IMG/VR virus record: IMGVR_UViG_3300033074_001257
Location: 21,405-85,404 of that record
DNA from: a virus
Taxonomy: Duplodnaviria; Caudoviricetes
Direction: 5' to 3' (one strand)
Length of the DNA stretch: 64,000 nucleotides
Shown here in pieces: positions 56,478 through 64,000 of the stretch. Under the pieces are notes generated by a model. It made no database searches. It had not been told where the DNA came from and saw only the letters and a list, made by a program, of their open reading frames with translations. Positions within the stretch are counted from its first letter, which is position 1. Every line of letters begins with the position of its first letter. Position numbers and translations under genes: made by a program.

Positions 56478-57356
56478 ATGAGTGGATTTAAACCCGGGGA
56501 CAAAGTGACGCCGGTGAATGTTTACCGGGAAGACTATGCTGGACCCATGGAGCGTTTGATGGGCAAGACCATGGTCGTTGTCTCAACCAGCAAAGATCGG
56601 GATGGTAATGAGATTGTGTGCGCAGACGTTCCCGGTGAAATGGATGGATGGACCTGGTATGCGCAAGACTTGCGACTTGTGCCCGAAAATCAGTCGGAGC
56701 TGACCGACCTGTCACCCACCCGCACCGATTTCAAAGTGGGCGACTATGTCGTTCCAGTTCGCATTGACAGTGAGAACTACAAGGAAGACCGGTCGTCCAT
56801 GCGAGACAAGGTCTTGCGCGTACTCAGGGTCAGCCACGACAACAAAGACATTTGTGCAGGGCCGTTCATGGATCTTGCAGGATCGTTGAAGTGGAACAAA
56901 GACGACTTGCGCCACGCAACGAAAGATGAAATCCTTGCCACTGTTGAACCAGTCGAATTCAAAGACGGCGACCTAGTGGTCTCAATTGACAACCCATTTA
57001 GGGTCATGGTCATTCGCAACCAGCAGCCAGACACCAGTTACCCATTCACGGTTGAAGGAACATGGGTTTCAAAGTACGGTGTTGAATATTGGAGCGGTGA
57101 AGTGTCAGTTCGCCACGCCACAAAAGACGAGATTGATGCGTCACAGAAACCGCAGCCCTTGCGTCGTGGCGATCTCGTTGAATACCGTGGAGACGTTTGG
57201 GTCGTTTACAGCGAGGGCGAAGATCGCGACGGTGAGTATTGGATTTCATCGCTGACGGGTGACCCTGCGTCAGATTATGTCACAGTTGACAAACTGTCAC
57301 ACGTCGGCAACATTCGCAAGAAGATTGAGAAAGTGAAACGGGAGATTGAATCGTGA
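56478..57356 (+). CDS. Hypothetical protein with four tandem FKxGD (SH3/KOW-like) modules
   Basis: FKPGDKV, FKVGDYV, FKDGDLV, LRRGDLV, each followed later by DLR/RHAT.DEI. Confidence 0.7.
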   Translation: MSGFKPGDKVTPVNVYREDYAGPMERLMGKTMVVVSTSKDRDGNEIVCADVPGEMDGWTWYAQDLRLVPENQSELTDLSPTRTDFKVGDYVVPVRIDSENYKEDRSSMRDKVLRVLRVSHDNKDICAGPFMDLAGSLKWNKDDLRHATKDEILATVEPVEFKDGDLVVSIDNPFRVMVIRNQQPDTSYPFTVEGTWVSKYGVEYWSGEVSVRHATKDEIDASQKPQPLRRGDLVEYRGDVWVVYSEGEDRDGEYWISSLTGDPASDYVTVDKLSHVGNIRKKIEKVKREIES

Positions 57357-57898
57357 ACAAATTTAAGGTCGGCGACAAGGTGGTTGTGGTCAACCCGAAC
57401 CGCTACGCAAACCAAAACAACGTCGAAGCAATCAAGCGAGTGACCAACGTGACTCTCGTTGTTCAATCTGTTTGCAGCGACACTGACGTGGTCTTTGCTG
57501 GGCTGCCTGGCAAGATGGCGCGTCCTTGGCTTGCGAAAGACTTGCGCCTGTCACCAGAAGTTTGGGCCAATGTCAATACCGGTCCCGCAGTTTCACGTGA
57601 CGCTTGGGTACTAGAGTGGGACCAAGACGAACAGACTGACAGCTCGACGCCTGAATCACCAGACCAGAAACAGGACGAACAGACCACAGCAACGAAACCT
57701 GATGCGCCAGACCAGTACGCGCCAGACATGACGCTTCGCGACTACTTTGCAGCGCAAGCCATGAGTGGGTTGATTGCTGCACAGGCAGGAACGTACTCGA
57801 TCAACCCACTTAAGCCGAGCGTACAGCGTATGCTTGCACAAACCGCATACAGTATCGCAGACGCTATGCTGAAGGCCCGTGCTGAAGGCCCGTGCTGA
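57353..57898 (+). CDS. Hypothetical protein: FKVGD module plus MTLRDYFAA module
   Basis: MTLRDYFAAQAM.G...AY.IADAML.AR is a common phage small domain. Confidence 0.7.
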   Translation: MNKFKVGDKVVVVNPNRYANQNNVEAIKRVTNVTLVVQSVCSDTDVVFAGLPGKMARPWLAKDLRLSPEVWANVNTGPAVSRDAWVLEWDQDEQTDSSTPESPDQKQDEQTTATKPDAPDQYAPDMTLRDYFAAQAMSGLIAAQAGTYSINPLKPSVQRMLAQTAYSIADAMLKARAEGPC

Positions 57899-57904
57899 AG
57901 TCTC

Positions 57905-58675
57905 GTGAACAACAACCCATTCTTGACTGAGGAAAGTAAAGTGACTCAATTTAAAGTCGGTGACAAAGTGACGCCAGTGAGTGCGGAGCGTTATGCGATG
58001 CACACCATCGAGCTCATGAAGCAGTTGATTGGTAAGCCACTGCTGGTTCGTTCGGTCCACAGCTATAAAAACGGCGATGAGATTGTTTTGGCTGGGATTC
58101 CTGGAGCGGAAGAGTGGTTTTGGTTGGCGGACGACCTGCGGCTTGTGACTGCATGGTCAAACGAACCAATCCAGGGCGAACCAACCAAACCAGCAGCACA
58201 AAATCCCCCTCGTGAGGGTGAGACCACTCGCGCCAACTCAACTTGTGAAAAAGACCAAGCGGCTGAGGTGAAAGTGCAAAGCGCAAGCAAACACACACCC
58301 GGTCCGTGGAAGGCCCACTTTGATGAGGCCTATTTTGTCACCGGCATTGACGGTGGTCGCGTAGCCATCGCCACACACCTCAAAGGTCCGCATGGGATCG
58401 GGGGACGACGCGGTATCGGAGAGGCCGCAGCAAACTGTCACCTGATAGCTGCTGCACCTGACTTGTTGAAGCAGCGCGACGTGCTTCTTGAGGCAGTTCA
58501 GTATGCCGCTGCTGTTTTTGCCGAGTACGTGACCCTGCACAAAGCAAAAGGGGACGCGGGCGCAGAAAAAGCCCAAAGTAACCAGCGGCACTTGCAAGTG
58601 ATGCTGGACGCCGTTGCTAACACCGAGGACAAATCATGGGACAAATCATGGGACAAATCATGGGACAAATCATGA
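57905..58675 (+). CDS. Hypothetical chimera: FKVGD module plus HTPGPW module
   Basis: FKVGDKVTPV; HTPGPW...AN.HLIAAAPDLL. Confidence 0.65.
   Translation: MNNNPFLTEESKVTQFKVGDKVTPVSAERYAMHTIELMKQLIGKPLLVRSVHSYKNGDEIVLAGIPGAEEWFWLADDLRLVTAWSNEPIQGEPTKPAAQNPPREGETTRANSTCEKDQAAEVKVQSASKHTPGPWKAHFDEAYFVTGIDGGRVAIATHLKGPHGIGGRRGIGEAAANCHLIAAAPDLLKQRDVLLEAVQYAAAVFAEYVTLHKAKGDAGAEKAQSNQRHLQVMLDAVANTEDKSWDKSWDKSWDKS
58627..58674 (+). repeat. Tandem 12-bp repeat (GGACAAATCATG)x4 at a gene junction
   Basis: Four exact copies read directly from the sequence. Confidence 0.95.
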
Positions 58676-59349
58676 ACAACTTCACCAATAAGTCTTGGCA
58701 TGTTGTTGAAGGCAGAACGGTCGGATCAATTGAAGTGTTTTCAGGTGAAACCGCGATTGCTGAAATGTGGCGCCGGGGCGATAAATCTTCTGAGCTGGCC
58801 AATGCCCAGTTGATGGCTGCCGCCCCAGACTTGCTGAAACAGCGCGATGAATTGTTGGTTGAGCTAAAAGCAACAGAAAGTCGCTTGCACGAAGTGTCCG
58901 TGTTTTGTGCTACTGTTTGGCAGCAGCGCGATGAATTGGTTGATGCGCTCAAAGACATGCTTGGGCAATTCAACCACGACAGCGTTCACAACGAGTCAGA
59001 TGTAATCGCTAAAGCCAAGGCAGCCATTGCCCTGGTGGGTGAAGACACGCAAGCAAAATGCAAATGCGACTTCCGACAAAGGGCAGTCGGCGACGGTTGT
59101 GCTGTTTGCAACCCAGAACTCGCTGCCGATTATGATGAGGATACGTCGCGTGATGAGCCAACCGACCGGTCTGCTGCCCAAGTGGAAGCCTGCTGGGAGG
59201 TCTTAAACGGGATTTGCAGTTACGGTTTCTACAGGACAAAGGATGAGGCTGAGAAGGTGTGTGCTGACATGCAGAAATCACACGACCTTTCAGGGTCTCT
59301 TGCGGCGTTCAATGTGCGCCCAGTTTACAGCAAAGCCAGGAGCGAATGA
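58672..59349 (+). CDS. Hypothetical protein (AAAPDLL family)
   Basis: ANAQLMAAAPDLL; start ambiguous because of the repeat. Confidence 0.65.
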   Translation: MNNFTNKSWHVVEGRTVGSIEVFSGETAIAEMWRRGDKSSELANAQLMAAAPDLLKQRDELLVELKATESRLHEVSVFCATVWQQRDELVDALKDMLGQFNHDSVHNESDVIAKAKAAIALVGEDTQAKCKCDFRQRAVGDGCAVCNPELAADYDEDTSRDEPTDRSAAQVEACWEVLNGICSYGFYRTKDEAEKVCADMQKSHDLSGSLAAFNVRPVYSKARSE

Positions 59350-59672
59350 TGAGCAAACACACACCCGGCCCGTGGGTCATCGGAAGGATAGACCGCAAGA
59401 AACAGCACGTCGAAATTGACGCCCCACACGGCGATCCGTCGTTAGGCTACAAAAAGTGGCAAGGTTTCGTTCGCGTATACGGAAGCGATGAAAAGCCACG
59501 AGAGGGCACCGCCGCGATGCTTGCCAATGCAAAGCTCATCGCAGCCGCGCCTGATCTTCTGGCTGCACTAGAAGAAGTGGTCGCGGCCGCAGACGGCAGA
59601 GGGTGGGAGCAACTGTCACCCTTACTTGAAAACCAGCGCCGAGCAATTATCAAGGCGGGAGGTAAAGCATGA
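59346..59672 (+). CDS. HTPGPW-family protein
   Basis: HTPGPW ... ANAKLIAAAPDLL.AL. Confidence 0.7.
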   Translation: MMSKHTPGPWVIGRIDRKKQHVEIDAPHGDPSLGYKKWQGFVRVYGSDEKPREGTAAMLANAKLIAAAPDLLAALEEVVAAADGRGWEQLSPLLENQRRAIIKAGGKA

Positions 59673-60055
59673 ACAGTCACACACCCGGTCCGTGGGAAGT
59701 TTACTTGGAAAGTGAGTCCCCGCTCGTCTTTGGTATTCTGAGCGTGGTTTCTGATCCAGCAACCGGAACGGACATCTTCACTCGGATTGTTGACGCGGGC
59801 AGTCAAAGTGAGCAGCTGGACGACGATCACTGTTTTGGGATCAAGTCAGAAGCAGATGCAAACTTGATTGCCGCAGCGCCCGAACTGTTGGCCGCACTGA
59901 TGCGCTTGGAATTTGCAGCACAGTGCCGCGACAACACGTCTGGTGACGCCTGCCGGCTGCTTGAAGTCAAAGCGGAACTGGCTGAAGCAGCAAAGCAAGC
60001 GCGTGCTGCCATCGCCAAGGCCAATTTAGCCTTGTTCAATCGGAGGTCAGCGTGA
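59669..60055 (+). CDS. HTPGPW-family protein
   Basis: HTPGPW ... ADANLIAAAPELL.AL. Confidence 0.7.
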   Translation: MNSHTPGPWEVYLESESPLVFGILSVVSDPATGTDIFTRIVDAGSQSEQLDDDHCFGIKSEADANLIAAAPELLAALMRLEFAAQCRDNTSGDACRLLEVKAELAEAAKQARAAIAKANLALFNRRSA

Positions 60056-60321
60056 CGACACTCAGCGAAAGAATCAGGCCGAACAGCGAAGCAGCGCCTT
60101 GGGTTGTTCAGGAGGTAATCAATATTGAGAAAGAGCTTGCTTTGTCGGAATCTCTCCATCGCCTTGCCTTGAAAGAACGCGACCACGAACGAGAAATCAA
60201 TCGTCAACTTCTTAACGCCCTGCATCAGATCAGCCTTGCTAGCCAGAACAACATGAGCAGCCAGAGGGAGTGCGGGGTAATTGCCCGTGCAGCAATCACT
60301 AAAGCTGGAGGTGAATCATGA
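60052..60321 (+). CDS. Hypothetical protein
   Basis: GGAGG RBS; coupled ORF. Confidence 0.65.
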   Translation: MTTLSERIRPNSEAAPWVVQEVINIEKELALSESLHRLALKERDHEREINRQLLNALHQISLASQNNMSSQRECGVIARAAITKAGGES

Positions 60322-60794
60322 CACCAGGTCGAATGCTAGTGTTTGCGGACATGCAAATTCAGGAACTGGAAAAGGAACTTGAGGCCGTTAAGAAAGAGCG
60401 CGACGAGCTGCTGCTGTTCTGCCAAGACAGTTTCGTGCGGACCGACAAACACGCCGAAGTTATCAGATCAAATCACTTCAGAGATACTTTGGCTGAGCTG
60501 ACCCGACGCCAGACGTATACAAAACACGAGTGCGCCCTGTTGATTGCGGAGCAAGCCCTTGCTCGTGAGAAAGCCGAAGCCAAAGCCGCTGCCTTTGATT
60601 GGCTGGTGAGCAAGATGCAAGAGGCATACGACGACGGCGTCTGGGTTGAGGTGGGTGATATGTTCATCTCAACCCATAACTTGTGGGGCCGTCGTGATGA
60701 GTGTCTTGTGAAAGCTGAAATCCAATGGAAAGACCACCGTGATGAGCCGCTGAACTTGCTGGATGCAATCAACAAAGCCAAAGGTGAATCATGA
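60318..60794 (+). CDS. Hypothetical protein
   Basis: ATGA coupling. Confidence 0.6.
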   Translation: MTPGRMLVFADMQIQELEKELEAVKKERDELLLFCQDSFVRTDKHAEVIRSNHFRDTLAELTRRQTYTKHECALLIAEQALAREKAEAKAAAFDWLVSKMQEAYDDGVWVEVGDMFISTHNLWGRRDECLVKAEIQWKDHRDEPLNLLDAINKAKGES

Positions 60795-61006
60795 GTACCA
60801 GTATGCGTTACTGTTTTTTTCAGAACCTGCTGCCTGAACTGTCGGCGATGGATGACCTGCTGGAAAGTCTGCTTGATAAAGACTCAGAAACCGTGCCTTT
60901 GGACGAGCTCAAGGCCGCAAAACGCTGCTTTGAGCTGCTGGGCGATGATGAAGCAGTGAAGCGGATTGCAAGCAAAATTGAGGGAGCAAAGGAGGACCAG
61001 TCATGA
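60791..61006 (+). CDS. Hypothetical protein
   Basis: ATGA coupling. Confidence 0.6.
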   Translation: MSTSMRYCFFQNLLPELSAMDDLLESLLDKDSETVPLDELKAAKRCFELLGDDEAVKRIASKIEGAKEDQS

Positions 61007-61443
61007 CCACCACCTACCTCATGGTAGCCATCACCATGGCCTTTATCCTCGGGATGCTGCTGCTGCGGGAGAAGCTCCGCCGCACCGAGGCGAGCGAGGA
61101 GGTCGAAGTATTGCGCGAACAATTCAAGGACCTGCGGACCATCATACGGAATGACCGAGCTGAATACATACGGGCCTACAACACCCTGCACGAGGCCGGA
61201 TACACCGACCGGGGGCACCGCCTGTGGACGCCGCCGGATCTTGAGCGCACTGAGCGGAGGATGGAGGAGTACCGCGACACTATCAAGTGCCAGCGGCAAA
61301 CCATCAAGTGCCTGCGGCAGGAACTCCACAACCTAAGGCGCGTCAATGCTCAAGCCGACCTCCGCGATCGCAGCCTCTCGGACGACTGGCCGCCCTATGG
61401 TCACGGCATTGAAGCTGAAACCAAAGTTATTGGTGAATCATGA
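61003..61443 (+). CDS. Membrane-anchored coiled-coil protein
   Basis: N-terminal TM helix; more GC-rich than neighbours. Confidence 0.6.
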   Translation: MTTTYLMVAITMAFILGMLLLREKLRRTEASEEVEVLREQFKDLRTIIRNDRAEYIRAYNTLHEAGYTDRGHRLWTPPDLERTERRMEEYRDTIKCQRQTIKCLRQELHNLRRVNAQADLRDRSLSDDWPPYGHGIEAETKVIGES

Positions 61444-61673
61444 ATCAAAAACTGAACCAATCCGTGTTTGAAAACGCGCCCGACTGGGCGAGGTGGGCGG
61501 CTGTAAATGCAGATGGGGGTGCTTTTTTCTACGAAAAAAAGCCTGTGCTAATGTCGGGTAATTTTTTGAAAACGTGGTACCAAATTGGGAGGAAAGCTCG
61601 CTGCCGTGCAATCGGCACTGGATTTGAGTCGTCAGATTGGAAGCACAGTCTAATTGAGCGCAAAGGGGAATGA
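61440..61673 (+). CDS. SVFENAP-family small protein
   Basis: QSVFENAPDWARWAAV...W..SLIER. Confidence 0.65.
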   Translation: MNQKLNQSVFENAPDWARWAAVNADGGAFFYEKKPVLMSGNFLKTWYQIGRKARCRAIGTGFESSDWKHSLIERKGE

Positions 61674-62045
61674 GTGGTGAAGAAACTTGACCAATCCGTG
61701 TTTGAAAACGTACCTGGGTGGGTACGGTGGGCGGCACTTCAGCCTGATGGGAAGGTGGCATTTTCTGACAAACCGATGGTTGTGAAAAATGGCAGCTGGT
61801 GGGAGATGTCTGATGATTCAGAGCGGTTCATGCAAGAATGGCCACAAGTTGAGTTTTCGCGCGATGGGTGGCAAAACAGTCTGATTGAACGCCCGCCATC
61901 ACTTGATATCTTTGTGAGCTCAAGTGGAGATGATCTGGCTGCCACGCTGGTGAATCAACTGGAATTGATCACACAAGAGATCAAACGCAACGGCAGGACG
62001 GGCAATAGCCTAGCAAGCAAATTCCGTAGGCTGCTGGGTCTGTAA
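61674..62045 (+). CDS. SVFENAP-family protein
   Basis: QSVFENVPGWVRWAAL...WQNSLIER. Confidence 0.65.
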   Translation: MVKKLDQSVFENVPGWVRWAALQPDGKVAFSDKPMVVKNGSWWEMSDDSERFMQEWPQVEFSRDGWQNSLIERPPSLDIFVSSSGDDLAATLVNQLELITQEIKRNGRTGNSLASKFRRLLGL

Positions 62046-62074
62046 CCGACCATCAATTTCAAGAGGAATCATTT

Positions 62075-62368
62075 GTGAAGCATCTATTCATAGCGGCTTT
62101 GGTTTGCTTGTCTCAAGCTGGATGTGAAGTTCAATCTCCACCGCCCAAGAAGAATCTGGTACTTGAGCGCACCGATCGCTTTCAGGTGGTGCGGGTGTCC
62201 ACTTTTGAAGATCGACTGGCTTACGGCAGCGAGCGCGGCGTCTACACCCTCCGCGACTTACAGACCGGCAAGGAATACGTCGGCGTCAGTGGCGTGGGCA
62301 TTTCAGAGCTTGGCAGTCACACGGTAAGGTCGAACAAACGCGACCGCACTGTGCCAGACGAACGCTGA
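62075..62368 (+). CDS. Putative lipoprotein
   Basis: Signal peptide ending in the lipobox-like SQAGC. Confidence 0.6.
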   Translation: MKHLFIAALVCLSQAGCEVQSPPPKKNLVLERTDRFQVVRVSTFEDRLAYGSERGVYTLRDLQTGKEYVGVSGVGISELGSHTVRSNKRDRTVPDER

Positions 62369-62385
62369 GCGCAAGCTCAACTACC

Positions 62386-62412
62386 AAAGGGTCCCTCAGG
62401 GGGCCCTTTTTT
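62386..62412 (+). terminator. Rho-independent terminator
   Basis: AAAGGGTCCC-tcag-GGGGCCCTTT followed by T's. Confidence 0.75.
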
Positions 62413-62433
62413 GTGAGGTGTGTGAACTTGTTA

Positions 62434-62543
62434 GCGTTCGCACTGAGCTTCGCACTGAGCTTCGCATGGGCTTCGCATGAGCTTCGCATGGGCTTCGCAT
62501 GGGCTTCGCATGGGCTTCGCATGGGCTTCGCATGAGCTTCGCA
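62434..62543 (+). repeat. Tandem 11-bp repeat GCTTCGCATG(G/A), about 10 copies including two 12-bp variants
   Basis: Read directly from the sequence; abuts an early promoter. Confidence 0.95.
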
Positions 62544-62561
62544 AATTATTTAAAAAAACGC

Positions 62562-62590
62562 TTGCAGCAAGTCGCGGTATTGTGTACTAT
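62562..62590 (+). promoter_or_regulatory. Sigma70-like early promoter
   Basis: AAATTATTTAAAAAAA then TTGCAG-N17 (ending TGTG)-TACTAT. Confidence 0.78.
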
Positions 62591-62674
62591 AAGTTCATCA
62601 ACACACGGTTTATCGATTGACTAACTGAGAACCTTCTCGTTGGCCGCTATAACCGCCACTGAAGTTCTGAGTGT

Positions 62675-63040
62675 ATGTGCAAAGGAGTTATGATCACTAT
62701 GTCGCCTAATGGAAATCTTTACGAATGCACTCGCTGTAACGGTAAAGGCCGACTCCCGATCTTCTCGAATGTGCTCGGAGGTGTTTGCTTCAGGTGCAAG
62801 GGATCCGGCAAACAGGCATCTAAGCCAGGTAAGCCTTCCGTGAAGTGGGCGGTGTTCGGTATCGACAGCATGACTGGCGAGCGCGCGCGGCTCTACAACG
62901 TGAAGGCCAAGAATGAGCGAGGCGCCATCGAGAAAGCGAGAGCCACCTATGTGTGCGCTTCAACTGAGTTCAAGGATCAATATAGCCTGGAGGATGCAAT
63001 CGCGGTTCGCGCCGACGAGTTGGACCGGCAAGACGCTTGA
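62675..63040 (+). CDS. Hypothetical protein with a CxxCxGxG zinc-finger pair
   Basis: CTRCNGKG ... CFRCKGSG; start may be an internal ATG after AAGGAG. Confidence 0.65.
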   Translation: MCKGVMITMSPNGNLYECTRCNGKGRLPIFSNVLGGVCFRCKGSGKQASKPGKPSVKWAVFGIDSMTGERARLYNVKAKNERGAIEKARATYVCASTEFKDQYSLEDAIAVRADELDRQDA

Positions 63041-63153
63041 GGCTAAGCACCATCTCACATCCAACCTCGCGCGTGGGCACCTAACGGTACCCTATCTTAA
63101 AGTCAGGTAGAACAGCAAGCACAAGCACAAGCGCAAATTATTTAAAAAATCAC

Positions 63154-63182
63154 TTGCAGCAAATCGCGGTATTGTGTACTAT
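63154..63182 (+). promoter_or_regulatory. Sigma70-like early promoter
   Basis: Near-identical to 62562-62590. Confidence 0.78.
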
Positions 63183-63214
63183 AAGTTCATCAACACACAG
63201 CAAGGGTCACAGAA

Positions 63215-63502
63215 ATGTGGTACAAAGAACACAACGGGGTGCAGATCAGCACGTTGAGCGGTCGCGGACTGGTTTACCAAGTGGGCAGCCAATATCGCGC
63301 CAGCATTCAGCCTGTTGATGGCGGGTGGCGAGTTCTGGGCTACGCGGAAACGCTTGAGGCTGGACAATCCATGTGTGAACGCGCACTGGCTGAAATTGAA
63401 TCGCAATACGATTCAAAAGAGCTGAAGTATCTCGTAACCGGTGCAGTCATCACGATGATCGTCGTGGGTCTGCTGATGTTGCACAACTGGGGAGTGATGT
63501 GA
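63215..63502 (+). CDS. Hypothetical protein with a C-terminal TM helix
   Basis: Follows a promoter; hydrophobic tail. Confidence 0.65.
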   Translation: MWYKEHNGVQISTLSGRGLVYQVGSQYRASIQPVDGGWRVLGYAETLEAGQSMCERALAEIESQYDSKELKYLVTGAVITMIVVGLLMLHNWGVM

Positions 63503-63918
63503 TGAGTCGTCCTAACCTGTTTAGCCGTGCGCCAGAGTGGGCACAGTGGGCTGCTGTGCAATCTAGCGGCTGTGTCGTGTTCAGCGACAAGCCGATGGTC
63601 TTGAATACCAAACTCGGGCAGTGGGGACCGATAGACGGTGCCCAGTGGCTTGAGCAAGAATATCACCTGGTTGATCCTAGCGGCTGGATGTTCTCGCGCA
63701 CTCCACGAGATTCTGAACCTGAGGTTGACGAACAAGTCTATTGGATTGTACTCGACAGCGACGGCAACCGCGTGGGTCAATTCTATAAGACCATGTGGGA
63801 CGCTGCGAACGACCACTCAGGCTGCATCGAAAACATGCTGCACGACGGCTATTCGTTCCAGCAAGTGAGTGTCGTGATCAAACCCATTACCACTGTTCGC
63901 GCCAACCGCAACACCTAA
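63499..63918 (+). CDS. SVFENAP-like family protein
   Basis: NLFSRAPEWAQWAAVQ..G.V.FSDKPMV. Confidence 0.65.
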   Translation: MMSRPNLFSRAPEWAQWAAVQSSGCVVFSDKPMVLNTKLGQWGPIDGAQWLEQEYHLVDPSGWMFSRTPRDSEPEVDEQVYWIVLDSDGNRVGQFYKTMWDAANDHSGCIENMLHDGYSFQQVSVVIKPITTVRANRNT

Positions 63919-63964
63919 ACCTTAACAGTTAAGTCACTCGCTTTTGGGTGGCCGGAGATGAAAA

Positions 63965-64000
63965 GTGGTTAAGTTCAAAGTCGGTGACAAAGTCACCCCA
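63965..64000 (+). CDS. 5' end of another FKVGDKV-module protein (truncated by the window)
   Basis: VKFKVGDKVTP after GGAG. Confidence 0.55.
   Translation, partial: MVKFKVGDKVTP

Noticed and set aside
62434-62543. Repeat array as a CRISPR
   Set aside because: Units are contiguous 11-mers with no spacers, and no cas genes are nearby.
1-64000. tRNA, rRNA or riboswitch genes
   Set aside because: No cloverleaf or rRNA-like segments recognised by eye in the intergenic gaps; tRNAscan or Infernal would be needed to exclude them.

Overview
A 64-kb segment of a large T4-like (contractile-tailed) bacteriophage genome. Positions 1-40 kb hold the morphogenesis module: terminase pieces, sheath, tube, baseplate wedge and hub, PAAR spike, a 2067-aa fibre-like protein, portal, protease, scaffold, major capsid, an HNH endonuclease, and tail terminator and neck genes. 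Positions 40-64 kb hold an SF2 helicase, a solo TnpB insertion and about 40 short early/accessory genes, many in paralogous families. The main finding is that the terminase large subunit appears to be encoded as at least three separate genes joined by two atypically split inteins, in scrambled order. The C-terminal piece (IntC + Walker B + nuclease, 127-1581) lies upstream of the middle piece (IntC-extein-IntN, 4072-4821), and the sheath and tube genes sit between them. The N-terminal piece is not in the window, although it may end at position 56. A second well-supported finding is the TnpB-only element. Its ends (41265-42387, left target motif TTGAC, right end TCAC) can be read off because removing it restores a phage ORF in frame. 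All protein family calls come from motif recognition by eye; no database search was run. No tRNA, rRNA or CRISPR array was seen.
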